Counted from the stretch's first letter, positions 18,824-29,601 are shown. The stretch is DNA of 64,000 bases from an uncultured delta proteobacterium (GCA_963729715.1 CAVSPA010000006.1:1-64000); one strand, 5' to 3'. Notes: generated from the sequence alone by a model not told the origin. A program made the numbers and translations.

Positions 18824-20287
18824 ATGATAAGAAAATCCCTCTTGTTTCTCCTCATCGCCTTACCCATTACCGCCTGCACTTATAGTGGGAAGATTCTGCT
18901 GCCAGAGGATACATCGTCGGCTATGCTCCAAAAGGGTAAGTACGACCTCAAGGCGGCCATTGTCGTCACACCGCAGCAGGAGGGAGAGAAGGTGAGGCTG
19001 CAGGGCGGCTTTGAATTCAAGCCGTACCCGGAGATGTATCAATTAGCACAGCAAAAATTTAAGAAGCTGTTTTCGACTGTCGAAATCGTGAATACGGGTG
19101 AAATGGTCAAAGACAGGTATGATGTCCTGATAAACTCATCATCCGAATTCTCCCTTGGACATGACTACGAATTGCGCGACACGATGTTTGAGGTGAGTTT
19201 TTTTACGGAATGGATTGATCCAAAGAGCGGTAGCGCGATATTCAGGACATCAAACAAGCAGGAGAAAAGATTCAATAGGAACGAAGGGGAAGAAGCTACC
19301 TATGGACAGGCGGCGACTCTTTTGTTGACAGCTCCCGTGTCAATACCGATGTCTCTGTACAAAAATAACCAATACAGCGAAAAGACGGTGAGTGCTATGC
19401 TTGCAAAGGCAATGGATGAAATGATTGACGAGCTGCCTCGAAACAAGAAGTTCATCGCACTTACCGAAGGATACAAGCCTGGGAAACCAACGGGGATTGC
19501 TGCAGTCAAGATTATCAAATCCGACGTTGACGAGCTGCCGGCGTTTAAGGTTAAGCCGAGGAAGAACGCATACGCGGTCGTTATAGGGATTGAGAATTAT
19601 CGTCAGAAGCTGCCTACGGCGGATTTCGCGACGCATGACGCACAGACGATAACGGAGTACCTGGTGAAGGTGTTTGGCTATCCTGAAGAGAATGTTATTA
19701 CGCTTCTGAACGATAATGCCTCTAATGTTGATCTGGCGAAGTATTTTGAGAAGTGGCTGCCGAACAATGTGGAGCCCAAGGGGACGGTGTTTGTTTATTA
19801 TTCAGGCCATGGCGCGCCAAATCCCAAGACGGGCGATGCCTACATTGTGCCCTACGACGGCGATCCGTCATTCATCGACCAGACGGGATATTCATTGCAG
19901 CGTCTTTACAATGCCCTCGGCAGGCTTCCGGCGAAGGAGATAGTTGTGGTGCTTGATTCCTGCTTTTCCGGGGCGGGCGGAAGATCGGTGCTGGCGCAGG
20001 GGGCGCGGCCTCTGGTGATAAATCTGGAGAAGGTCTCCGTTCTGCCCAAGAACCTAGTTGTCATGTCAGCCGCTTCTGGCGATCAGATAAGCTCGACTTA
20101 CCGGGACAAGGGACACGGCCTTTTCACGTATTTCATGCTCAAAGGCATCAAGACCGAGGATGTGACACGTGCGGACGGCACAATCAGGATGGACGATCTC
20201 TTCGGCTATGTGAAGCCCCAGGTCGAGCGGATCGCGAGGAAGCAGTACAACAACGAACAATCACCGCAGTTGATAGGACAGAAATAG
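18824..20287 (+). CDS. Lipoprotein with C-terminal caspase-family (C14) domain, copy 1
   Basis: GGAGG RBS; lipobox ITAC; YAVVIGIENY, YYSGHG, LDSCFSG. Confidence 0.88.
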   Translation: MIRKSLLFLLIALPITACTYSGKILLPEDTSSAMLQKGKYDLKAAIVVTPQQEGEKVRLQGGFEFKPYPEMYQLAQQKFKKLFSTVEIVNTGEMVKDRYDVLINSSSEFSLGHDYELRDTMFEVSFFTEWIDPKSGSAIFRTSNKQEKRFNRNEGEEATYGQAATLLLTAPVSIPMSLYKNNQYSEKTVSAMLAKAMDEMIDELPRNKKFIALTEGYKPGKPTGIAAVKIIKSDVDELPAFKVKPRKNAYAVVIGIENYRQKLPTADFATHDAQTITEYLVKVFGYPEENVITLLNDNASNVDLAKYFEKWLPNNVEPKGTVFVYYSGHGAPNPKTGDAYIVPYDGDPSFIDQTGYSLQRLYNALGRLPAKEIVVVLDSCFSGAGGRSVLAQGARPLVINLEKVSVLPKNLVVMSAASGDQISSTYRDKGHGLFTYFMLKGIKTEDVTRADGTIRMDDLFGYVKPQVERIARKQYNNEQSPQLIGQK

Positions 20288-20292
20288 GAGGC
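19515..20292 (+). repeat. 778-bp near-perfect repeat encoding the caspase domain, stop codon and next RBS (copy 1)
   Basis: Matches 21145-21922 with two synonymous differences found by eye. Confidence 0.92.
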
Positions 20293-20297
20293 GGCTT

Positions 20298-21917
20298 ATG
20301 AATCGATGTATCGCAATTGCCCTCAAGGGATTCGTCATCTCCTTTTGTTTTGTATTTCTGCTTGCCCATCTCTCGGGCTGTGCTACCACACCCGTAGAGC
20401 CTTCACCCTTGATGATGGCAATAAAACAGAATGACAGCGCACGCATAAAGACCTTGTTCGAAAAGAGCACAGACATCAATGGGACCGATGGCAAAGGATG
20501 GACGGCGTTGACATGGGCTGCATACACGGGTCGGGCGGATATTGTCAAGCTGCTCCTCGACAAAGGCGTGGACGTTTATGGAAACGACCTGAATATTGCA
20601 GCACAGAGAGGCGACGTCAATATCGTCAAGCTCTTGCTCGCTAAAGTAAAATTCGGCAATGAAAGCCTGGTTACAGCAATGCGCTCCGCGGCGGTTGCGG
20701 GGCATGCCGATGCAGTTAAGCTGCTGATAGATAGCGGCGCTGATCCAAACATTCTTTACAGGGGCACTTCTCAGACCGCCCTCATGCTCGCCGCTCAGAA
20801 TGACCGCGCCGATGTCATCCAGGTGCTTCTTGACAATGGTGCAAATATAAATGCAAAAGAAGCCTCTGATTCATGGACGGCGTTAAGCTGGGCAGCCTAT
20901 AAGGAAAACCCTGATCTTGTCAGACTCTTCCTGAATAACGGCGCCGACGCCGAACTGGCGCTGGCAGCCCTGGAGGCCTACGCCGGCAAATGGGCGAACA
21001 GCAGCGCCGATAACGCCGCAAACGAAAGCACAAGAACCAAGCTCGGCATCAGGCTCATCGAAACGTTTGCAAGAAAGAAAGGCGTCGCGCAGTCAACGCC
21101 AACGGCCGCCGGCGTGAAGAGTGAGCTCAAGCTGGCTCCTGTCGTCAAATCCGACGTTGACGAGCTGCCGGCGTTTAAGGTTAAGCCGAGGAAGAACGCA
21201 TACGCGGTCGTTATAGGGATTGAGAATTATCGTCAGAAGCTGCCTACGGCGGATTTCGCGACGCATGACGCGCAGACGATAACGGAGTACCTGGTGAAGG
21301 TGTTTGGCTATCCTGAAGAGAATGTTATTACGCTTCTGAACGATAATGCCTCTAATGTTGATCTGGCGAAGTATTTTGAGAAGTGGCTGCCGAACAATGT
21401 GGAGCCCAAGGGGACGGTGTTTGTTTATTATTCAGGCCACGGCGCGCCAAATCCCAAGACGGGCGATGCCTACATTGTGCCCTACGACGGCGATCCGTCA
21501 TTCATCGACCAGACGGGATATTCATTGCAGCGTCTTTACAATGCCCTCGGCAGGCTTCCGGCGAAGGAGATAGTTGTGGTGCTTGATTCCTGCTTTTCCG
21601 GGGCGGGCGGAAGATCGGTGCTGGCGCAGGGGGCGCGGCCTCTGGTGATAAATCTGGAGAAGGTCTCCGTTCTGCCCAAGAACCTAGTTGTCATGTCAGC
21701 CGCTTCTGGCGATCAGATAAGCTCGACTTACCGGGACAAGGGACACGGCCTTTTCACGTATTTCATGCTCAAAGGCATCAAGACCGAGGATGTGACACGT
21801 GCGGACGGCACAATCAGGATGGACGATCTCTTCGGCTATGTGAAGCCCCAGGTCGAGCGGATCGCGAGGAAGCAGTACAACAACGAACAATCACCGCAGT
21901 TGATAGGACAGAAATAG
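20298..21917 (+). CDS. Lipoprotein with ankyrin repeats and caspase-family domain, copy 2
   Basis: Lipobox LSGC; GWTALTWAA and TALMLAA ankyrin repeats; C14 domain identical to copy 1. Confidence 0.9.
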   Translation: MNRCIAIALKGFVISFCFVFLLAHLSGCATTPVEPSPLMMAIKQNDSARIKTLFEKSTDINGTDGKGWTALTWAAYTGRADIVKLLLDKGVDVYGNDLNIAAQRGDVNIVKLLLAKVKFGNESLVTAMRSAAVAGHADAVKLLIDSGADPNILYRGTSQTALMLAAQNDRADVIQVLLDNGANINAKEASDSWTALSWAAYKENPDLVRLFLNNGADAELALAALEAYAGKWANSSADNAANESTRTKLGIRLIETFARKKGVAQSTPTAAGVKSELKLAPVVKSDVDELPAFKVKPRKNAYAVVIGIENYRQKLPTADFATHDAQTITEYLVKVFGYPEENVITLLNDNASNVDLAKYFEKWLPNNVEPKGTVFVYYSGHGAPNPKTGDAYIVPYDGDPSFIDQTGYSLQRLYNALGRLPAKEIVVVLDSCFSGAGGRSVLAQGARPLVINLEKVSVLPKNLVVMSAASGDQISSTYRDKGHGLFTYFMLKGIKTEDVTRADGTIRMDDLFGYVKPQVERIARKQYNNEQSPQLIGQK

Positions 21918-21922
21918 GAGGC
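21145..21922 (+). repeat. Caspase-domain repeat, copy 2
   Basis: Offset 1630 bp from copy 1. Confidence 0.92.
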
Positions 21923-21926
21923 CTGT

Positions 21927-23363
21927 ATGAAAAGGAACATGCTGCTTTTTCTCCTTATCTTATTGATGACAACATCCTGTTCATACAGTTATACCTCAAA
22001 GATCGCGCTTCGGGATGAGGGTTCTCCGGCTGCGCAGCAGAAGGCAAAATATGATCTGAAAGCGGCAATTGTCGTCACGCCTGAACAAATGGAGCAGGCC
22101 ATGACCTATAACTGCGCCCTGATAAGCATACACATAGGATTCAGACCGTATCCTGAAATGTATCAGCTTATGCAGAAAAAAATTAAGAATGTGTTTTCCA
22201 CCGTTGACATCGTACCAGCGAATAAACTTCTCAAAGAGAATTACGATGTCCTGCTGAACAGCAAATTCAGCGCAGAGAAGGGCTATGAGATGGTGATGAG
22301 TTTGGCCATGTACGGCATCAACGCAAAGAATGGAGACATGCTTTTTGGAATCACCAGCAATCAAAAAGGAGACCCGGAATTCAACAAGATTATCCCGCTT
22401 CCCGGAACAATACCTACCGTTATCGGCCCCAGTTGCGGTAAAGGTTATGACAAATTATTAACTGAGATGGTTTCCACGGCGCTGGACGAAGGTGTTGAAG
22501 CGATGACAAAGAACTGGAAGCTTGCATTGTATGCGAAGGGCGCAAGCTATGAGGTGGCAGAAAAAGGCCCTACCCCTGCGGTCGTCAAATCCGACGTTGA
22601 CGAGCTGCCGGCGTTTAAGGTTAAGCCGAGGAAGAACGCATACGCGGTCGTTATAGGGATTGAGAATTATCGTCAGAAGCTGCCTACGGCGGATTTCGCG
22701 ACGCATGACGCGCAGACGATAACGGAGTACCTGGTGAAGGTGTTTGGCTATCCTGAAGAGAATGTTATTACGCTTCTGAACGATAATGCCTCTAATGTTG
22801 ATCTGGCGAAGTATTTTGAGAAGTGGCTGCCGAACAATGTGGAGCCCAAGGGGACGGTGTTTGTTTATTATTCAGGCCACGGCGCGCCAAATCCCAAGAC
22901 GGGCGATGCCTACATTGTGCCCTACGACGGCGATCCGTCATTCATCGACCAGACGGGATATTCATTGCAGCGTCTTTACAATGCCCTCGGCAGGCTTCCG
23001 GCGAAGGAGATAGTTGTGGTGCTTGATTCCTGCTTTTCCGGGGCGGGCGGAAGATCGGTGCTGGCGCAGGGGGCGCGGCCTTTAGTCATGAACTTAAAAA
23101 GCGCAGAGCCTGCACGCCGCAATATGGTGATCCTGTCTGCCACCTCCGGCAGCCAGATCAGCTCTACATACAGAGAGAAAGGGCACGGGCTCTTCACTTA
23201 TTTTATGCTCAAGGGCATCAAGAATGAAGAGGTCGTAAGGCAGGATGGCTCCATTGCAATGAGTGATCTATTCGGTTACTTGAAACCTCAAGTGGAGCGT
23301 ATTGCAAGGAAGCAGTACAACAACGAGCAACTGCCGCAATTGATCGAGCCGAAGAAGAATTAG
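21927..23363 (+). CDS. Lipoprotein with caspase-family domain, copy 3
   Basis: Probable lipobox TTSC; N-domain homologous to copy 1 (KYDLKAAIVVTP, PYPEMYQL, FSTV, YDVL); His/Cys dyad. Confidence 0.88.
   Translation: MKRNMLLFLLILLMTTSCSYSYTSKIALRDEGSPAAQQKAKYDLKAAIVVTPEQMEQAMTYNCALISIHIGFRPYPEMYQLMQKKIKNVFSTVDIVPANKLLKENYDVLLNSKFSAEKGYEMVMSLAMYGINAKNGDMLFGITSNQKGDPEFNKIIPLPGTIPTVIGPSCGKGYDKLLTEMVSTALDEGVEAMTKNWKLALYAKGASYEVAEKGPTPAVVKSDVDELPAFKVKPRKNAYAVVIGIENYRQKLPTADFATHDAQTITEYLVKVFGYPEENVITLLNDNASNVDLAKYFEKWLPNNVEPKGTVFVYYSGHGAPNPKTGDAYIVPYDGDPSFIDQTGYSLQRLYNALGRLPAKEIVVVLDSCFSGAGGRSVLAQGARPLVMNLKSAEPARRNMVILSATSGSQISSTYREKGHGLFTYFMLKGIKNEEVVRQDGSIAMSDLFGYLKPQVERIARKQYNNEQLPQLIEPKKN
22581..23081 (+). 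repeat. Caspase-domain repeat, copy 3 (partial, ~500 bp)
   Basis: Appears identical to 21141-21641, then diverges after the GARP codons. Confidence 0.9.
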
Positions 23364-23832
23364 GAGGAGTGTGAAAAAATCATTGAGCTGGCACAATCGT
23401 CCCTTTTCCTCTTGAACGATGAGAACTAAGAACGAAATGTGAACGGTTCTAATGACGAGAATGGTCTTGCCATCATTTAGGGCTTGACATTGATTATTCC
23501 AGCATCTACCTAATACACCGTAATTATTACATAGACATAGACATAGACAATTGAACCATAACCCTTGAACCGTTCTGCGAGGGAAGTATGGAGCGATTAT
23601 CGAGACCCCGTATCTCAAAACAGAGAGCGGGGTTTTGTGTTTCCTAGGGAAAAAAAGAAAATACAAGATATTACCCTTGTCTCATTGATCGTATTCTGCC
23701 TCCCGCAAGTGCGCCAAGTCTCTTCCGCCAGGTTATGGCTCTGCACTCGAACTATGCCTTTTTCTTGCGCCGTAAACATGGTGTCCTCCTGCTTTCTGAA
23801 GATATTATCTGTAGAAGGAAGGCATCCTGTTC

Positions 23833-24783
23833 CTATGCTGTGGACGAGTCGCCTTCGAGAATCGGGCGAACGGTTGTGGCGTAGTATTGTCGCCCGAGTC
23901 GATTCAAGTATTCCCATGCCTTTGTTGCGCCTGACGGCAGTTCGCGGGTCCAGAAGCTATCGGGAATCGGCTCTAAGGCTCCGGCAACTTGACCGGGCGT
24001 GATGTCGGCAATGATCACGCCTTCGCCGTCTTCGTACGTCATGCGGGCAAGTACCTTGCCGTTACCGTCCGTGATTTGACTCTCGCCCAGGTATCGGGAA
24101 GCGTAGGGCATGGATTCGTTCCCCGGTGTCAACCCCGAGAAGTCACCGGCGTGGGACGCGTGTACGACGGGTACGCCAAGCATCCGCGCCAGGTGAGCGG
24201 GAGCCTGTCTTAGCAAGTCCATCAACCGCGCTTGCTCCCCAGCGTATTTGGGAAGCACGGGGAGGCGCAGATCCCACCAACATGAACCGCCCACTACAAG
24301 ACCCACTTTACCCAACAATCGATGCGCTGTCTGGGAACGAATTAATTCCCAGCACATGGCGACGCCGACAGGGCCGGCAGGAGTGGCGAGGACGCCGTCA
24401 TCCGAACCGCCGATGTAGTAGCTGTTCTCCCACATGGTGGGCAGATCCTTGTCGTGACGGAAGTACTGGCCGTCAGGAAAGATAAGCAGAAAGCTGTTGA
24501 AGCAGTCATGCCCTGACTTCGCGATGAACGACCCGCCTACGACAGCATCATGTTTGCGCGCAAGCCTACGCATGAGTTGCAAAGGAGGGCCTTCCAGCGG
24601 TTTCCACGCTGAGAGCATCGCCGGTGTGAACGCTACTGCAGATGGGAAGAACTCGGGAAGAATTACCCATTGCGCGCCACGCCGAAAGGCCTCGCAGACC
24701 AGCCCCTCGGCGGACGAGAGGTTTCGCGCAATTGCGCCTACCTGTGCCCGCATCTGCACCGCAGCAACCCGGATTGGAACCAT
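23833..24783 (-). CDS. Carbon-nitrogen hydrolase (nitrilase superfamily)
   Basis: VAAVQM, LPEFF, HDK, AMCWE (Glu-Lys-Cys triad). Confidence 0.9.
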   Translation of the reverse strand: MVPIRVAAVQMRAQVGAIARNLSSAEGLVCEAFRRGAQWVILPEFFPSAVAFTPAMLSAWKPLEGPPLQLMRRLARKHDAVVGGSFIAKSGHDCFNSFLLIFPDGQYFRHDKDLPTMWENSYYIGGSDDGVLATPAGPVGVAMCWELIRSQTAHRLLGKVGLVVGGSCWWDLRLPVLPKYAGEQARLMDLLRQAPAHLARMLGVPVVHASHAGDFSGLTPGNESMPYASRYLGESQITDGNGKVLARMTYEDGEGVIIADITPGQVAGALEPIPDSFWTRELPSGATKAWEYLNRLGRQYYATTVRPILEGDSSTA

Positions 24784-25157
24784 GCAACCCTCTCCTGTAC
24801 GTGAATCCTGTAAATGCTTAATACACTTACACAAGTATTAGCCAAAGGCAAGGGCGAAACCGCGTGGGGTGGGATGCCGCTCAATTATATTTCCCCTTGC
24901 CGGATATCATTTTCTGTACTAATGAATCGGTGTGTAAAAAAACTCAAAAGATTTGATACGCCGGTCGTACAACCTTTCCTGCTTTTCTATTCCTGATCCT
25001 CGAAGGCGTGAACAATTCTGCGATGCAGACACTGATATAAAGACGATGTATTTTTGAACATAGAAAATTTCTCCTGGCAGGATGATTTGCAGCCATCGAC
25101 TAAAAGATTTTCATGAGAGGTGTGATCATGTAGGGAAAATCAAGAATTGCAGTTCGA

Positions 25158-26501
25158 GTGTTAGTCATGTCAGCGCTTATTTGCCTGCTCTCGCTGTCAA
25201 CGGCTTACGCGGCCCCGGCCGCAGCCCAGAAGACCACGCAGCAGAGCACGCAGCAGGTGAAACCGGCTACAGGCACCGTATCTAATCTGTTGAACCCTAA
25301 TGCGCCGCCGCAGGGCACCATCACTATAACGCCCTCCAGCAAAAACAACGTCAACGCATCGACCTGCTTTACCGGCAGCTACCAGTACATAGAATGGACC
25401 TGCACCGGCACCCGCTCCAATCTGGTGGACATAACGCTTTGGAAGGATAACCAGAAAAAGATCACTATCGGCAACGGGGTGGCGGGCACACCGCTTATAC
25501 GGTCCCGTGGGACACTGCTCCGGGCCAGTACGAACTCCGAATTACCAGCGAGGACGATTCCCGTGTAGAAGCAAGGCAGCCTGTTAGTGTTATTCTCACA
25601 ACGGTAACCATCACAACGCCCAAGCCAAACGATACTTGGTACGCAGGCGGGACATACCAGATTGCGTGGGAGATCCAAGGGACGCAAACGAAAGTTGACG
25701 CATTTATCTTGTCGTCGGCCACAAACAATCTTACGAGCATCAGTACAGGGATAACAGCGGAAGCATTAATTTCACAGTCCCTCTGAGCTTTATCGGGACT
25801 ACCTACGATCTGGGCTACCTCGTGGGAGTCTACGCAACGGGTGCACAGGGGGGGGGTGGGCAGGAATGAAGCAAAAGGTGTATGTTTTGCCGCCCACTGT
25901 GACTATTACCTCGCCACTGGCCGGCGCTTCATGGACGACAGGAATTACGCATCTGATAACTTGGCAGTTTACAGGCAATCCCGGTCCACTGAAAATTGAA
26001 CTGTTTAACGCCTCCAACTCATTTATTATCGCCGATAACCTTCCGCCAGGCGCCTCCGGCTCCGGGAACTATCTCTGGAAAGTTATCGGTTTGACGAATG
26101 CACCCTACCAGGTGAGAATCACAAGCATGACCCTTGGTTCCATCACGACCTCCAGCCCGCCTGTAAATATCACGAACCCCCCGATCCCATACGTTAAGTG
26201 GTTGCGGCCGTACTGCGGGAACGTCGGTTGTTATGCGGTAATGGGAAAGCCTTTATACATTCAGTGGTCGTCCGCCGCTTGCGGAGACACAATTGATATT
26301 TCTATTACTGATAATACTCAGAATAGTGCTGCGGTAGGCACGCAGTATCTTTCTGTGAAGCAATTTCCCATAAGCGGTGGGCAATAAACGTGGGTGCCGC
26401 CAGTGCCTCCCGATTCATATACAGGGTCACGAGAATATCTTATCAACCTGACTACTTCGGGCGGTTGTCATGACTCCGGCTCTGTCTATGAGTATCAATA
26501 G
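25158..26501 (+). pseudogene. Frameshifted secreted Ser/Thr-rich protein with repeated Ig-like domains
   Basis: Signal peptide; VTITTPKPNDTWYAGGTYQIAW and VTITSPLAGASWTTGITHLITW modules split across frames; in-frame TAA at 26385. Confidence 0.65.
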
Positions 26502-26621
26502 ACGTGGGCGAACGGGCGGCCATATGGGTGAGGCTGCAAAATAGATAAAAGAGGAGATAGCAGGCGACATACTTAAGGGGAAGACAAAGTTGTCGAAGGC
26601 CTGAACAATCCGTTAAGCAGG

Positions 26622-27251
26622 CTAATCTATAGCGCCGCTCTTCTTCAGGAGAGCGGCAAGGGCTTCGGCTATGCGGCGATAACCCGCGGCATTGGGATGA
26701 ATATAATCCGACTTGAGTGAGCCATCGGCAAGCACCGCAGGCAATATCTTTTCTTCAAGGGGAACGGATAACTCTTTGGCAATCTCCCGGTACATTTGCG
26801 GCGGCTTAAGAGACAGGTTCGGGGCCGGCACACCAATGAGGACCACGGCCACCTTCTGTTCCTGTGCCAACCGAATCATGTTTCGCAGATTGTTCGCGGC
26901 CTGCTGTTGGTTCAATTTTCGGAGCATATCATTACCGCCATGGCAGATTATCATGAGAGCCGGTCTTTCCTTTTGCAGCACTTCCGGCAAGCGGGACAGG
27001 CCCTGAGCAGTCACCTCTCCCGGAATGCCTGCATTGACTACCTTTCGACCAATCAACTTCTCGAGGACCGCAGGGTAACTCTCTGACGGCTCCGCCCCGG
27101 TTCCGTAAGTCAGACTATCGCCAAAGGCCAGGATGGCAGCACTCCTGGCAAGGTGGGGAAGCTTTACGTCAGAAGAACAAGCCATCATGCTGCCGCTGAC
27201 TGCGATAGCCAGCAAAAGTAAAACCGGCACTATGTGTCTTCTCGATATCAT
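26622..27251 (-). CDS. GDSL/SGNH arylesterase (TesA-like), probable lipoprotein
   Basis: FGDSLT, NAGIPG, GGND, DYIHPN. Confidence 0.92.
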   Translation of the reverse strand: MISRRHIVPVLLLLAIAVSGSMMACSSDVKLPHLARSAAILAFGDSLTYGTGAEPSESYPAVLEKLIGRKVVNAGIPGEVTAQGLSRLPEVLQKERPALMIICHGGNDMLRKLNQQQAANNLRNMIRLAQEQKVAVVLIGVPAPNLSLKPPQMYREIAKELSVPLEEKILPAVLADGSLKSDYIHPNAAGYRRIAEALAALLKKSGAID

Positions 27252-27390
27252 AACATTGGCGCCGATAAATCTATTGCCGCGAGATGAACAACCACAGGTA
27301 AGGAGCGAGCCGCGGGATGGCTATTGATGGCCCACGGAATACTTTTTAGATATCGTTTAGAAATCCGGGGTGAGATGGAGGGATTTATGG

Positions 27391-27753
27391 TCAGCTGCAG
27401 ACCTCCGCGGACGCCGGTACACAGCCGCCGGTGCAGACGGCTCCGCCGTATGCATTGACAGTCGCCGACCCGTACATTTCAGCAGAACAGAATGCCTGCC
27501 CGAATGCGGTGATCAGGCATTTTCCCGGGCCGCATAGTATCTTGCCGTCGAAGGTCTTTACGATACCGCCAAATGGCGGTAAACAGGCGATCTCGCCGGT
27601 AATGGTTATCAGGCAAGTGCCCGCCGCCGGAGGACAAACCACTTTACCATGGGCGTTGGTCACACAGCGGCTCTGCTCGATAGACCAAGCCGGCACCGAT
27701 AACGCCAGCCAGAGCACCAGAGAAATAAAGATACTTGTTCTAAGCAATCCCAT
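27391..27753 (-). CDS. Small secreted cysteine-rich protein
   Basis: Signal peptide; 10 Cys in repeated C-x5-G-x3-C units. Confidence 0.7.
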   Translation of the reverse strand: MGLLRTSIFISLVLWLALSVPAWSIEQSRCVTNAHGKVVCPPAAGTCLITITGEIACLPPFGGIVKTFDGKILCGPGKCLITAFGQAFCSAEMYGSATVNAYGGAVCTGGCVPASAEVCS

Positions 27754-27971
27754 ATCTGCCTTAGTCCGCGAGTAAAGTTAAATGGTTCGGGGAACCAACC
27801 ACTTACACGTAGGATAAGGATAGGGGAAACGGCCTCGTAAGTCAATGTGGATTTGATGGTGGAGATCATAAATGCAAGATGCAAGATGTAAAATGCAAAA
27901 TCAAAGAGGAATCAGCTTACTCGCAGCAGGTTACGTTAGAATTCTGCTGCTAAATGTGGTAATGCGACAGT

Positions 27972-28607
27972 ACGCAAGTATTTCTCCTCGGATTAAGCAA
28001 TGGGGCAGTGTGCATCGCCTATTGTGCCCCTGTTCTCGTCCCGTATCTCTTTGGAGAGGGTAAGGCGGTGCTGCAGAATTTTTCCGTTGTTGCCCAGTTC
28101 CTCTCCGGAAGACTTTTGGGTTATCTCCTTTTCGGCGTGCTGGCATGGGCCGTCGGCCAGACGATATTGCTGGCATCATCATGGCGCGACATCATCATCG
28201 GCTCTGCCAACATGATCCTGGCGGTGTTCCTTGTGCTCTACGGTTTTTTCAGGATCGGCGCGATCTGCCCCGCCGAGGAGGTCAGCAAGCGGTTCACGAA
28301 GATCAACACATGGTGGCCATTCATGCTCCCCGCGACTATGGGACTTTTTACAGGACTAAATTTTTGCCCGCCGTTCCTCTTAGCTTTCACCAATGCCGCT
28401 GGTGAAACAACTCTTTTCCAAACCCTCGCGTTCTTCTTTCTGTTCTCCCTCGGGACATCGGTATTTTTTATCCCCATTCCGCTCATCGGCGGCTTGCGGC
28501 GCGTGACCGTGCTTGCCGTCGTCGGGAAACTGGCAGCCGGCGTCATGGGAATCTATTATTTTTACACTGGTCTCATGTTATTCATGAATGGTATGTACAA
28601 AACATGA
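27972..28607 (+). CDS. TauE/DsbD_2-like membrane protein (start codon apparently damaged)
   Basis: FLLGLSNGAVCIAYCAP, GRLLGY, GLFTGLNFCPP, FSLGTS; only an ACG where an ATG is expected. Confidence 0.65.
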   Translation, partial: TQVFLLGLSNGAVCIAYCAPVLVPYLFGEGKAVLQNFSVVAQFLSGRLLGYLLFGVLAWAVGQTILLASSWRDIIIGSANMILAVFLVLYGFFRIGAICPAEEVSKRFTKINTWWPFMLPATMGLFTGLNFCPPFLLAFTNAAGETTLFQTLAFFFLFSLGTSVFFIPIPLIGGLRRVTVLAVVGKLAAGVMGIYYFYTGLMLFMNGMYKT

Positions 28608-29601
28608 CTGAGACAGAAAAGGCAACAGCCCCTGCTCCCGAGCGCATGAGTTTGATGAAGACGATCCTCTTCGCCTTTCCGATGATGGTTCTCACCTTCA
28701 TGATTCTTACCGGAGGAAAAATCCCGGCAGATCCGAAAAAACTTTTTGCAGTGGCGGTTACGTTTCTGTTTTTCAATATCCTCTTCTTCCTGATGGTCCG
28801 CACGGAAAAAACAGACAATTACCGGGCTACCATATTTTGCATCTATGCCGTCTTCTTCAGCATCTCCTTCATTTCACACTACATTGAAGTGAGGGGAAGC
28901 ATGTCCATTGGGGATTCTGCGGATGGGCCTGCTTCTTCGGTGGGTGAGACGACGGCTTCTCGCGCATATTAAAAAAACCCATCATCAAGAACATCAACCC
29001 GAAGTGGCACTATCTCCCGTATGCGGTACTGCTTGCGGTTGTGCTTGCCTCCGCGATTTATCTCGCTCCCGTGTACTGCGAGTGGCTGTGCCCGTTTAAG
29101 ACGGTCTCGGAGTTCGCTGCAATTACTTCCACCAAGATCCTGATACAGACCATCATATTTGTTTCCCTCTTCATAGGCCTTGTCATCGTTCTGCCCATTC
29201 TCACGAGGCGAAGGATTCAATGCGGTCTCTTCTGTCCTTTCGGAGCATTCCAGTCGTTTGCGAACAAGATTAATCCCTTTGAAGTCAGGATTAACCATGA
29301 GGCATGCGTGAAGTGCAAGCGCTCCATGCAAGTGTGCCCGAGTTTTTCCGTTGATGAGGCGTCGATCGAAAAAGGGAAGACCCGCCTTACCTGCATCAAG
29401 TGCGGCAAATGTATCGACAACTGTCCGAAGAAGGCACTCTCCTTCCATGTAAAGGGCACGCCTCTCGGTGGGAATCTTCCAATACAGCGACTGCAGTTTC
29501 TTTATCCGGCTTTTCTTATGACAATGTCGGGCGGCAATATTCAGGACGTGATCGTCAGGGCCATCAGGCTCACTACAACAGGCAGCATTTTTCCCACGTG
29601 A
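28604..29601 (+). pseudogene. Disrupted membrane 4Fe-4S (YccM/NapH-like) protein
   Basis: WACFFGG*DDGFS internal TGA and frame break; YCEWLCPF, CGLFCPFG, CIKCGKCIDNCP. Confidence 0.75.

Noticed and set aside
19515..23081. Caspase repeats as a diversity-generating retroelement or CRISPR array
   Set aside because: No reverse transcriptase or cas gene in the window; repeats are 500-780 bp coding blocks with only two synonymous differences
23530..23549. ACATAG tandem repeat
   Set aside because: Only about three units, intergenic, no evidence of function
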